From the NCBI GenBank assembly GCA_002338515.1, contig DDIL01000005.1, positions 1 to 32,000 on the forward strand: 32,000 nt of DNA. Reading direction: 5' to 3'. The notes under the pieces are model-generated. The model was given only the letters and a program-made list of their open reading frames with translations. It did no database searches and had not been told where the DNA came from. Position numbers and translations under genes: made by a program. This DNA comes from Glaciecola sp. UBA1851. GTDB taxonomy: Bacteria > Pseudomonadota > Gammaproteobacteria > Enterobacterales > Alteromonadaceae. Below, one piece after another: positions 17,925-27,141 of the stretch; positions within the stretch are counted from its first letter, which is position 1; the number at the start of each line of letters is the position of its first letter.

Positions 17925-20906
17925 ATGAAAAACAGCAAAAATAATATAACCTTCGAGAATCAGCGCCCTCATTGGATGCGATTCAAAAAAACTATGGTAG
18001 CTGTGGGTATTAGTGCAGCCGTTGCACATACCCCTCTTTATGTGCATGCTCAAGAAACCTCAGAACAAGCGACTGAAGAAGAGTCTGCAGAGGTTATTAA
18101 TGTTAGAGGGCAACGACAAAGTTTGACTGCTGCCCAAGAACTTAAACGAAATGCTGATACCTTCCTTGACGCAATTTCAGCATCAGATTTAGGCGCTCTT
18201 CCTGATGCTAGTGTTGTTGAAGCATTACAACGTGTTCCAGGTATTACAATAGAGCGGTTTGCTGCACCTGATGACCCAGACCATTTCTCAACGGAGGGCA
18301 GTGATGCAACACTTCGTGGCCTTCCTCAAACTCGTACCGGAATTAACGGGCGCGATAGCGTTGCCGCAGATTCATCAAATGGTTTAGGTTTCGATGACAT
18401 TTCACCTCAATTGCTTGGAAGTGTTGAAATTTATAAAAACCAAACTGCTGATATGATTGAAGGGGGTATTGCAGGTACTATTAACTTGAATACCCGCAAA
18501 CCTTTTGATTCTTCATCTCGAATTCTTAATTTTGAGTTGCAAGGCAGTGAAGGTAACTTATCAAAAGAACCCACATACGGGTTTTCTGGTTTATATTCTG
18601 ATGTATTTGACGTTTCAAGTGGTGAGGTAGGTGTATTGGTGAGCTATAGCTCGGTAGACCTAACGTTTAGAGCCGATGGGGCGGAGCTAGGCCAGCATAA
18701 TTTAGTGGCTGATGCTGCGGGTGCCGGGCAAGACAGATGGACACCTATCAATGCAGGCGTTCGCTCAACTACTACTGATCGTGAACGTGAAGCTGCCTCC
18801 TTTACTTTGCAGTATCAAAATTCTGACGAAACCTTTTTATCTACGTTTGAATATATTCTATCAGACTCAGCAACAAATTGGTCAGAGCATGCATTCTTTT
18901 CAGATGATCAAGCTTATACAAGCTTAGGTGATGATGTTACGTTTGGTAACGAATCATTTACTGGCGGTACACTACAAGGTATTCAAGATGGCTTAGGCCC
19001 GCAAACACGCAAAAGTTCAAGCGAAGAAAAGCTAGAAGAATTTACTTTTAACGTTGCATATAAGCCAACTGATCGTTTAACACTTGAGTTTGATGTGCAA
19101 TATGTTGATGCTACTACCGACGTAGTAGATTTATCAGTATTTGGCGGCATTATTCCTAGGCTTGGCGGTATCGATATTGAAGTAGACGCAATGGGCGATA
19201 CTCCAGTTGTTGGCTTTAGGGCACCCTCTGGTTCTGGCCTAAGCGATGCTGAATTTTTCAGCGACCCTAAGAACTATTTCTATCGTGCAGCCATGGACCA
19301 CGTTGAAGAATCTGAAGGCGATCAAAGTGCATTTCAGTTTGATGTAGACTATGAACTAGAGCATGACATGCTAGATTCAGTTGAAGTAGGCGCGCGTTAT
19401 GCTGAGCGTGATCAAACAACACGTTGGTCAACCTATAATTGGCAAAACTTATCTGCCGAATGGGCCGGTGGTTGGGTTGATTTTAATGGTGACAGAATAC
19501 AACCATCTTGGAATGGCGATACAGCATTTCAGCCAACGGGTGAAACCTTGGATACCCCCGGATTTGAGTCATTTGCCTATCCGGGCTTTCACAATGGTAA
19601 TGCTGGAAGTCCTATAAACAGCCTGTTTGCGTCGTTTAATAGTGTACAAAGCTATGATACATTTTTACAAAGCTATTCTGCCTTTAACTTTCCAAGTTTG
19701 GGTACAAGGGGGGATGTGGTAGATGGCAGTATTTATCGCCCTGCTGAGCTTAACCGTGTGGTAGAGGAAAACACGGCGTTTTACGCTAAGTTAAATTTTG
19801 GTGGTGATTCTCGTGTCTCGGGCAACGTAGGATTAAGGTACGTCAACGTAGATACGTCGGTAGATGGTGGCGAAACTTTCCCTGTTCAGCTATCTGACAA
19901 TCTTGTATTAACTGCGGATGAAATGGCGTTTTTCAATGATGCGAGTATTGTTAGGTCAACCAGCAACAGTTACAGCGCTGTATTGCCTAGTTTGAACGTA
20001 AAATACCTTCTTGGCGATGATTTACTTCTTCGTTTTGCTGCATCAAAATCTGTGGCGTTTGCTGACACGGGTAACTTACGGTACAACTATAACTACACAA
20101 CAGATACAATTGAAATTGACCCAGATGTTGATATGTCACCTGTACGCATTGATCAAATAGAAAGGCGAAGTGGCAATCCATTCTTAGCTCCCATGGAGTC
20201 AATTGACTTAGACTTGTCAGTAGAGTGGTACTTTGATGAGGGTGATTCACTTACAGTGGGTGTTTTCCATAAAGATATTGAAGGTTTTTTCTCAAACGAT
20301 ACTTTCAGTCAGCAGGTAACCAACAATGGAGTAACTTTACCTGTACAGGTAAGTACCACAATTAATGTAGGCAGTGGCACTTTAAAAGGTCTAGAAATAG
20401 GCTATCAGCAGTTCTTTGACGAGTTGCCGGGTTTATTTAGTAATTTAGGCTTACAATTCAACGCAACATTCTTAAGGGAAAGTGGTACACCTAATCAAAA
20501 TACCCGTCCTGTCCAATCAGGTGGGGAAGACGATGTGGCCAGAGCCGAATTGCCGTTTGAAGGTTTGCCTCTGCAAGGTTTGTCTGAAACAACATACAAT
20601 ATTGTGGGTTTGTATGAAGATGATGTTATTTCTGCTCGTTTAGCTTATAACTATCGCTCAGATTATTTATTGACTGTTCGTCAAACTAACCTCGGTATAC
20701 CTATTTTTAACCAGGCTCGAGGTCAACTCGATGGGTCTGCTTTTTATAGTATTACAGATAATATTGAAGTGGGTATTCAGGGGCAAAACTTAACCAAGTC
20801 TGAGTCAAATACGCGTATGCAAGTGGACCAGGAAGGGACAACGGTGGTCAGATCGTCATTTACGAATGACCGAAGATTATCGTTAATTGTAAGAGGTCGA
20901 TTCTAA
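17925..20906 (+). CDS. TonB-dependent outer-membrane receptor (carbohydrate/oligosaccharide type)
   Basis: Signal peptide ending VHAQE. Acidic linker and TonB-box-like EVINVRGQRQS. Plug motifs (DAISASDLGALPDASVVEALQRVPGITIER, GSVEIYKNQTADMIEGGIAGTINLNTRKPF). Long beta-barrel ending in ...LIVRGRF with a terminal Phe. Shine-Dalgarno aggaag. Confidence 0.9.
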   Translation: MKNSKNNITFENQRPHWMRFKKTMVAVGISAAVAHTPLYVHAQETSEQATEEESAEVINVRGQRQSLTAAQELKRNADTFLDAISASDLGALPDASVVEALQRVPGITIERFAAPDDPDHFSTEGSDATLRGLPQTRTGINGRDSVAADSSNGLGFDDISPQLLGSVEIYKNQTADMIEGGIAGTINLNTRKPFDSSSRILNFELQGSEGNLSKEPTYGFSGLYSDVFDVSSGEVGVLVSYSSVDLTFRADGAELGQHNLVADAAGAGQDRWTPINAGVRSTTTDREREAASFTLQYQNSDETFLSTFEYILSDSATNWSEHAFFSDDQAYTSLGDDVTFGNESFTGGTLQGIQDGLGPQTRKSSSEEKLEEFTFNVAYKPTDRLTLEFDVQYVDATTDVVDLSVFGGIIPRLGGIDIEVDAMGDTPVVGFRAPSGSGLSDAEFFSDPKNYFYRAAMDHVEESEGDQSAFQFDVDYELEHDMLDSVEVGARYAERDQTTRWSTYNWQNLSAEWAGGWVDFNGDRIQPSWNGDTAFQPTGETLDTPGFESFAYPGFHNGNAGSPINSLFASFNSVQSYDTFLQSYSAFNFPSLGTRGDVVDGSIYRPAELNRVVEENTAFYAKLNFGGDSRVSGNVGLRYVNVDTSVDGGETFPVQLSDNLVLTADEMAFFNDASIVRSTSNSYSAVLPSLNVKYLLGDDLLLRFAASKSVAFADTGNLRYNYNYTTDTIEIDPDVDMSPVRIDQIERRSGNPFLAPMESIDLDLSVEWYFDEGDSLTVGVFHKDIEGFFSNDTFSQQVTNNGVTLPVQVSTTINVGSGTLKGLEIGYQQFFDELPGLFSNLGLQFNATFLRESGTPNQNTRPVQSGGEDDVARAELPFEGLPLQGLSETTYNIVGLYEDDVISARLAYNYRSDYLLTVRQTNLGIPIFNQARGQLDGSAFYSITDNIEVGIQGQNLTKSESNTRMQVDQEGTTVVRSSFTNDRRLSLIVRGRF

Positions 20907-20925
20907 ACATCCCCTTCTCAAATTT

Positions 20926-20970
20926 AGCTGTAGGTGCTATGTTTATGGTATCTACAGCTTGTTTGTTTTT
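20926..20970 (+). terminator. possible leaky intrinsic terminator/attenuator between the receptor and the halogenase-fold genes
   Basis: An 8-bp stem, agctgtag (20926-20933) pairing with ctacagct (20952-20959), followed by tgtttgttttt. The 18-nt loop is long, so the structure is weak. Confidence 0.3.
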
Positions 20971-21008
20971 GGCGGCGTAATTACCTAAGAGTCTATTTTA
21001 AAGAGTGT

Positions 21009-22565
21009 ATGCAAAGTAATTCCATCAAAAAAATAGTGATTGTTGGTGGCGGGACAGCCGGTTGGATGACCGCCGCTGCATTGTCATCGTTACTAGATAA
21101 GACACAGGTTTCCATATCCCTAATTGAATCCGAGCAAATTGGTACAGTGGGGGTTGGCGAAGCGACCCTTCCTCATCTACGGTTTTTTATCAAGCGCCTT
21201 GGTATTGATGAACAAGAGTTTATGCGCCGCACTAATGCAACGTATAAAACGGGCATTGAGTTTATTAATTGGGGGCAAGTAGGTGAAAGTTACTTGCATC
21301 CATTTGGTGATTTCGGTCAAAGCATCAATAGCGTTGATTTTCATCATTACTGGGTAAAACAGCGACAAACAGGAGACAAAACCGATATTGGCGATTATTC
21401 CCTGCCAGTTGTAGCATCAAAAATGGGTAAGTTTGATTACCCTAGTTCTGACGAGCAATCTATTTTATCTACGTTTTCTTACGCTTTTCATTTAGATGCA
21501 GGGCTGTTCGCCAAGTTTCTACGAGAATACTCTGAAGAAAAAGGTGTAGTGCGTACTGAAGGATTGATCAAACACGTCAAACAAGACGACAAAACAGCTT
21601 TCATATCATCAGTGACCTTAGACAGTGGCCAGTCAATTGAAGGTGACCTATTCATTGATTGCTCAGGCTTTAGAGGGTTGTTAATCGAACAAACACTTAA
21701 AACGGGTTACGATGATTGGCGACATTGGTTGCCATGCGACCGAGCAATTGCCATTCCTTGCGAAACCATGAGTGCGCCTTTACCCTATACTAAAGCAACC
21801 GCACGTGATGCTGGATGGCAGTGGCGTATACCGCTGCAAAATAGAGTAGGAAATGGTCATATTTATTCTAGTTCATATATGGACGATACGACGGCATTAG
21901 ATGTTTTATTACAAGGCTTGGATGCTAAACCTACAGGTGATCCAAATTTCCTACGTTTTACCACAGGAAGGCGTAAAAAAGCATGGAATAAAAACTGTGT
22001 GGCAATTGGTCTGTCAGGTGGGTTTTTAGAACCTCTTGAAAGTACCAGTATTCATCTTATTCAACTGGGTATCATGAAATTGTTAGAATTTTTCCCAGAC
22101 AAGCATTGCGATGAAATAAAAAGCGCAGAATACAATCGCATGATGAGTTTAGAATTTGAACGCTTACGTGATTTTTTAGTGCTGCATTATCATGCAACAA
22201 GACGAAATGACACAGATTTTTGGAACTATGTGCGTACTATGAGCTTACCAGATGGACTCGAACATAAAATGGAATTGTTTAAAGAACGTGGGCATGTTGT
22301 GCAATATACTGAAGGCTTATTTTTAAAAGCAAGTTGGCTTGCTGTCTATTTGGGGCAGGGGGTCATACCTACCCATTATGATTACAATGTGGATGCTCAA
22401 CCTCAAGCAAAAGTTGAAAACTTCTTAAAACAGCTTAAAGGTAATATTTCTGATGCAGCCGCGGGTATGAATGACCACGCTATAAGTTTAGCAAATCATT
22501 GCGATATAAACGTTAATCAAACTCCACCTCCAGCTAGTATGAGTTTATATGGAAGAGACGCTTAA
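21009..22565 (+). CDS. flavin-dependent tryptophan-halogenase-fold protein, paralogue 1 (motifs intact)
   Basis: IVIVGGGTAGWM (GxGxxG, 21045-21062), GVGEATLP, TYKTGIEF, FIDCSGFRGLLIE, GWQWRIPL (WxWxIP), GGFLEPLESTSIHL. The ATG at 21009 (MQSNSIKK...) is preferred over the track's 20934 start. Confidence 0.85.
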   Translation: MQSNSIKKIVIVGGGTAGWMTAAALSSLLDKTQVSISLIESEQIGTVGVGEATLPHLRFFIKRLGIDEQEFMRRTNATYKTGIEFINWGQVGESYLHPFGDFGQSINSVDFHHYWVKQRQTGDKTDIGDYSLPVVASKMGKFDYPSSDEQSILSTFSYAFHLDAGLFAKFLREYSEEKGVVRTEGLIKHVKQDDKTAFISSVTLDSGQSIEGDLFIDCSGFRGLLIEQTLKTGYDDWRHWLPCDRAIAIPCETMSAPLPYTKATARDAGWQWRIPLQNRVGNGHIYSSSYMDDTTALDVLLQGLDAKPTGDPNFLRFTTGRRKKAWNKNCVAIGLSGGFLEPLESTSIHLIQLGIMKLLEFFPDKHCDEIKSAEYNRMMSLEFERLRDFLVLHYHATRRNDTDFWNYVRTMSLPDGLEHKMELFKERGHVVQYTEGLFLKASWLAVYLGQGVIPTHYDYNVDAQPQAKVENFLKQLKGNISDAAAGMNDHAISLANHCDINVNQTPPPASMSLYGRDA

Positions 22566-24167
22566 GTGAGTGAGCATGACCGAGGGCCTATTCAAAATAT
22601 TTGCATTTTGGGTAAACATTTACATGTCGCTTCAGTCGCCGCCGCGCTCAGCCGTAAATTTATGCAGCAAAATATTAATATTATAGCGGTTAACACTGAG
22701 GGTAACGATAAATCAGTTTATGGTGAAGCTTCACTTAGTGCACTTCATTATTTTCATCGCTTTTTGGGGCTAAAAGAGCATCAAATGATGGCGGTAACCA
22801 GCGCAACTTACAAACTTGCATCGCAATATAAAAGGTGGTCATGCAGTGAGGCTAATGACACTAGCGAAAAAAACAAGCATTCCTCTTTCTATCATTCGTT
22901 AAGTAGTTACGGAAGTATGATTGATTCAATTGCTTTTGTTCATCATTTGACCAAACTTCGCCAAAACAATAAAAACTATGACTTTACCTGCTTCTCATTG
23001 CCTGCAGTCATGGCGCGAAACGGTAAGTTTGCTAAACCTGAATCGGCACAGTCAGCATTACCCTATAGCTATGCAATGCACATTGATGCAACCTCCTATG
23101 CTAAGGGTATGCAGGATTACGCAACTAAGCTAGGCGTTAAGTTTATATCTAGTAATATAGATAACGTACAGCTCAAATATATTGAAAATAATCTCGGTCA
23201 ACCTTCCGCGCACGTAAAACAAGTAACCTTGAGCGATGGCAGGCAAATAAAATCTGAATTATTTATCGATTGTACTAGCGATGGTGAGTTAATTGACAAG
23301 GCATTAAACGTTGGTTTTGAAGATTGGAGTGAGTATTTACCTTGTGATCGTTTTTTGACATGCAAAACAGAGTTAGATTTACAATTACAGCCTTCTACAA
23401 ATATGAATTTGCACAAAAATGGATGGGAACGCAGTTTTCCTCTGCAAAATGGAACCGTAAAAGAATTCTTTTACTCAAGCAAATACTTAAGCGATGATGA
23501 AGCGGTAAAAGAATTTGAAGTTAATCATTTAAAAGATACTAAAATCCTAAGTGAATGCCGTATAGAAAAACAAAGGACAGGTCGTCGAAAACAATTTTTT
23601 AGTGGTAATTGCGTGTCTATGGGAGGAGCAGCAGGCAGTTTAGATAGACTGGCCGTTAGTGATTTTCATTTAGTGCAATCAGCTGTATTGCGCTTAATTG
23701 ACTTATTTCCTGATACCTCGTTAGGTCAGTTTGCAGATAATTTTAGCCGCAATGAATATAATCATTTATGTACCGAAGAATATGCACGTATTTTAGATTA
23801 TCACGGCGCACATTTTGCTATCCCAGCAAAAGAAGCTGATGAATCCTGTAGCCAATTTTGGCAAGCGCAAAAAACAGCAATATTACCCGACTCACTTGTA
23901 AAAAAATTTAATTTATTTGAGGCCTGTGGGCGTATACCTTTTTATGAAAGGGAAACGTTTTCTAGTTCAACTTGGGTGTCATTATTATTGGGTTTAGGCA
24001 TGCATCCAAAAAGTTATGATGTGTTATTAGATATGCCTCCAGCTAGCAATGAACGAAGCATAAAAGCAATAAACAACATTATGAATACAATCAAGGATAT
24101 AAGTGATCGCGCCCCCTCTCATGCCCAATACTTGCGCCAGTATTGTGTACGACGAAACAATAGGTAG
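22566..24167 (+). CDS. tryptophan-halogenase-fold paralogue 2, with degenerate FAD-binding and catalytic motifs (probable pseudo-enzyme)
   Basis: Collinear with its neighbours (FIDC, TGRRK, YLPCDR and LFPD retained). However, GxGxxG reads ILGKHLHV, GVGEAT reads VYGEAS, WxWxIP reads GWERSFPL, and EPLEST reads SLDRLAVSD. The GTG start directly abuts the paralogue 1 stop. Confidence 0.75.
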   Translation: MSEHDRGPIQNICILGKHLHVASVAAALSRKFMQQNINIIAVNTEGNDKSVYGEASLSALHYFHRFLGLKEHQMMAVTSATYKLASQYKRWSCSEANDTSEKNKHSSFYHSLSSYGSMIDSIAFVHHLTKLRQNNKNYDFTCFSLPAVMARNGKFAKPESAQSALPYSYAMHIDATSYAKGMQDYATKLGVKFISSNIDNVQLKYIENNLGQPSAHVKQVTLSDGRQIKSELFIDCTSDGELIDKALNVGFEDWSEYLPCDRFLTCKTELDLQLQPSTNMNLHKNGWERSFPLQNGTVKEFFYSSKYLSDDEAVKEFEVNHLKDTKILSECRIEKQRTGRRKQFFSGNCVSMGGAAGSLDRLAVSDFHLVQSAVLRLIDLFPDTSLGQFADNFSRNEYNHLCTEEYARILDYHGAHFAIPAKEADESCSQFWQAQKTAILPDSLVKKFNLFEACGRIPFYERETFSSSTWVSLLLGLGMHPKSYDVLLDMPPASNERSIKAINNIMNTIKDISDRAPSHAQYLRQYCVRRNNR

Positions 24168-24175
24168 TTATATTT

Positions 24176-25738
24176 ATGAATACACCACAAAATGCAGTCA
24201 ACCAAGCAAAAAATGATAATCAAGTTCGTGATATTTTAATAGTCGGTGGTGGTACCGCTGGGTGGATGGTTGCTGCGGCTTTAGCAAAGAATTTTGGTAA
24301 TAAGGGCCGAAAAATAAGACTCATTGAGTCAGAAGAGATTGGTACAGTGGGAGTGGGTGAAGCAACCATTCCTTTTATTCGTACCTTTAATCAATTGCTA
24401 GGTATTGATGAAAACGAGTTTGTAAGGGAAACAAAAGGTACGTTTAAGCTAGGAATTGAATTCAATGACTGGGGCAAATTGGGTGACAGCTATATTCATC
24501 CATTTGGTGTATATGGTTCACCCATGGCCGACAATATACCCTTTCATCACTATTGGCTAAAACTCAGAAATGAAGGCATTGAAACTAATCTTTCAGATTA
24601 TTCATTAGCTATAATAGCCGCGAAAAAGGAGCGGTTTAGCCGTCCTGTCAATATTCAAAACTCACCTATGGCGTCGCTTAATTATGCTTTTCAATTTGAT
24701 TCTGGTTTATATGCTAAATTTTTACGCAAGTTTGCAGAAAGTCGAGGTGTAGAAAGGGTCGAAGGTAAAGTTAGTTCTGTTCAGGTAAATCAAGATACCG
24801 GTTATATTGATTCAGTGACGATGCAGAATACGTCAAGTGATATAGCAGGCTCGGTTAAATATCACGCTGATTTCTATATTGATTGCTCAGGATTTAGAGG
24901 CTTGTTAATAGAAGGAGCTTTGCATACTGGTTATGAAGACTGGACGCATTGGCTTCCTTGTGACCGCGCTGTTGCAGCACCTTGCGCTGCAAATGGAGAA
25001 CCCTTACCCTATACACGCTCAACCGCTAGAAAAGCAGGATGGCAATGGCGTATACCGCTACAACATAGAACCGGAAATGGGCATGTATTCAGTAGTCAGT
25101 ATATGAGTGTTGATGAAGCAACATCTATTTTACTTAATAGTCTTGATGGAGAATTACTTGCCGAGCCCAAAGTGTTAACATTCCAAACGGGACGGCGCAA
25201 AAAAACGTGGAACAAAAACTGTCTTGCTATTGGTTTGTCAGGTGGCTTTATGGAGCCTCTGGAAAGTACTAGTATTCATTTAATTCAATCAGCCATCGCT
25301 AGACTAATAAGCCTATTTCCAGATAAAGATTTCAATGACGCTATTGTTAACCGGTTTAACGATGAGTCTAAATGGGAATATGAACGCATTCGTGACTTTT
25401 TAATACTACACTATAAGCTTAATCAACGTACCGATTCAGAGTTTTGGATGTACTGTCAAAATATGGCGATTCCCGATTTTCTGCAGAGCAAACTCGACCT
25501 ATATCGTAGCAGCGGGCATATTTTTAGAGATAATGAAGAGTTATTTGGCATTCCGAGCTGGTTAGCTGTAATGGAGGGGCAAAACTTTCATGCAGATGGT
25601 TGCCATCCTTTACCTGACGCAAGGGAATCGAGTCGATTGCATGAGCATTTATTAAAAATAGGTTCCGTAATCGACAGGTGCGCAGATAGTATGCCTACTC
25701 ATGCTGAGTTTATTAATAAACATTGTAAAGCTAGTTAA
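24176..25738 (+). CDS. flavin-dependent tryptophan-halogenase-fold protein, paralogue 3 (motifs intact)
   Basis: ILIVGGGTAGWM, GVGEATIP, TFKLGIEF, YIDCSGFRGLLIE, GWQWRIPL, GGFMEPLESTSIHL. Starts 8 nt after the paralogue 2 stop. Confidence 0.85.
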   Translation: MNTPQNAVNQAKNDNQVRDILIVGGGTAGWMVAAALAKNFGNKGRKIRLIESEEIGTVGVGEATIPFIRTFNQLLGIDENEFVRETKGTFKLGIEFNDWGKLGDSYIHPFGVYGSPMADNIPFHHYWLKLRNEGIETNLSDYSLAIIAAKKERFSRPVNIQNSPMASLNYAFQFDSGLYAKFLRKFAESRGVERVEGKVSSVQVNQDTGYIDSVTMQNTSSDIAGSVKYHADFYIDCSGFRGLLIEGALHTGYEDWTHWLPCDRAVAAPCAANGEPLPYTRSTARKAGWQWRIPLQHRTGNGHVFSSQYMSVDEATSILLNSLDGELLAEPKVLTFQTGRRKKTWNKNCLAIGLSGGFMEPLESTSIHLIQSAIARLISLFPDKDFNDAIVNRFNDESKWEYERIRDFLILHYKLNQRTDSEFWMYCQNMAIPDFLQSKLDLYRSSGHIFRDNEELFGIPSWLAVMEGQNFHADGCHPLPDARESSRLHEHLLKIGSVIDRCADSMPTHAEFINKHCKAS

Positions 25739-25953
25739 CCTGAACTCGGGATAAGCAAACCCGTCCAGCAGCGCTATTAGAGCGAATAATTGCGTTACCA
25801 AACTAAGCAATAGAATAACTTTAATTGACTTTACCGCCTTGTTCTTCACTTTAATACAATCACTGAATTATGATATTAATTTGCTTATCTCGAATTGAGG
25901 TTAAATTATACCATTAGTATTGTTTTAGAATTAAAGAGGATATTACACCGTGC

Positions 25954-27039
25954 TTAAAAAATTAAACTAGATAAAGCGTTTGAAAATGTATTGCTACTTC
26001 TATCATAAATTTGAAAAGAGCCACCGTCGCACCAAACAGTGCCGGGTATGCCAAATTCTTTCTGCAATGCCACATGTGCTTTTAAATATTCAAGACGATC
26101 GTTTTCATTACAGATATTTTGAGGTTGCGTGAAATCATACATAGCCGCGCCAAATTCATTTACAATCACGGGAATACCAAAATTTTCAGACCAATTAGAT
26201 ACATCTTGATAAATCTCTCTCAACGCCAATCTATCTGCTTCACTGCCCCATGATCTAGTGCATTGGCCTGCAAATGGCCAAGGGTCATAAGAATGGAAAT
26301 TTGCAATGATATTTGGGTCATTTGGTATATCGGCTTGTTTCATCGCTTCAGCTGGGGTGTACCCATTGCCAGAGTATATGACTGAACGTGTGGGGTTTGA
26401 TTGTCTGATCACTGCTAGTACTTCAAGGTTTAGTGAGTCTACTTGTTCTAATGTCATGCCATTAGGTTCGTTTAAAATTTCAAATAGCAATTTGGATGAT
26501 TTGTTTTTAAATCTGTCAGCAACTTGAGTCCAAATGGCTACGAAACGTGCGCGTTTTTCTGCGTTGATATCATTTTTTAACCATGATTCATGATGCGCAT
26601 TGATCATAACGTAAAAATCTCTTTCTATCGCCCAATCAACAATTTCTTCTACTCGATTAAAAAAGTCATCATTCACTTCATATGGTGATTGATTAGCAAC
26701 TCGCTTATCCCAAGTAATAGGGATTCTGACATGTCCGAAACCTGCTGTTTTATATGCATCATAATAATACTCTTGGGCTGCTAATGCCCATTCACCCTCA
26801 CTAGGAGCGTCAAGTGTATTTCCCATATTTATACCCGTTCCCAATGCTGCAACAATTTCTGTTGGAGTCTGATAATTAGCATCTGGGGTAGGCGTATTAG
26901 TAGTCGGTGGTGGCAAGTTTGGTGGAGTAATTTGATTGTCAGGCGTAGCTACTTCCATGGTTGAATTACTTGACCCGCATCCAAACATAAGCAAAACATA
27001 TAATATTATAAATGTTAACTTTGAAGTTTTAGTAAACAT
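25954..27039 (-). CDS. GH5 glycoside hydrolase (endo-beta-glycanase), probable lipoprotein
   Basis: Signal sequence plus Cys (LLMFGC). Pro/Thr linker (PPNLPPPTTNTPTPD). GINMGNTLDA. Acid/base motif FEILNEPNG and nucleophile motif VIVNEFGA. Confidence 0.8.
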   Translation of the reverse strand: MFTKTSKLTFIILYVLLMFGCGSSNSTMEVATPDNQITPPNLPPPTTNTPTPDANYQTPTEIVAALGTGINMGNTLDAPSEGEWALAAQEYYYDAYKTAGFGHVRIPITWDKRVANQSPYEVNDDFFNRVEEIVDWAIERDFYVMINAHHESWLKNDINAEKRARFVAIWTQVADRFKNKSSKLLFEILNEPNGMTLEQVDSLNLEVLAVIRQSNPTRSVIYSGNGYTPAEAMKQADIPNDPNIIANFHSYDPWPFAGQCTRSWGSEADRLALREIYQDVSNWSENFGIPVIVNEFGAAMYDFTQPQNICNENDRLEYLKAHVALQKEFGIPGTVWCDGGSFQIYDRSSNTFSNALSSLIF

Positions 27040-27127
27040 ATAGCCCCCCTGAGAGCTTTTTAATTGAGGCTATTGGAATTCAATAGCACCTCATTATTGT
27101 TCTGATATTATCTATTTCGATGTAAAA

Positions 27128-27141
27128 TGTAAACGCTTACA
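27128..27141. promoter_or_regulatory. LacI-family (XylR-like) operator in the divergent GH5/GH10 intergenic region
   Basis: TGTAAACGCTTACA, 87 bp upstream of the GH5 start codon and 372 bp upstream of the GH10 start codon. Confidence 0.5.

Noticed and set aside
17862-18053. A 63-aa minus-strand ORF overlapping the start of the TonB-dependent receptor gene.
   Set aside because: It is antisense to a well-supported signal-peptide region and has no motifs. It is most likely spurious.
20934-21008. N-terminal extensions proposed by the ORF track: 20934 for halogenase 1, 5485 for LicD, 11674 for the diguanylate cyclase and 28674 for GH43.
   Set aside because: The extensions use non-ATG or upstream starts and add implausible residues (for example MLCLWYLQLVCFWRRNYLRVYFKEC) ahead of positions where homologous proteins begin. 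The internal ATGs at 21009, 5536, 11623 and 28689 fit the family N-termini better.
21009-25738. Reading the three halogenase genes as a halogenated-tryptophan natural-product biosynthetic cluster.
   Set aside because: The window holds no NRPS/PKS, carrier protein, flavin reductase, tryptophan-modifying or export genes. The flanking genes and the shared operator point to carbohydrate utilisation instead.
25652-25849. A 65-aa minus-strand ORF whose N-terminal half (MKNKAVKSIKVILLLSLVTQLFALIALL) looks like a transmembrane helix and lies in the intergenic gap after halogenase paralogue 3.
   Set aside because: Its last 87 nt overlap the 3' end of the convergent halogenase gene. I saw no clear Shine-Dalgarno and nothing family-like. 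Hydrophobic stretches arise easily in AT-rich sequence. It is worth a ribosome-profiling look but cannot be supported here.
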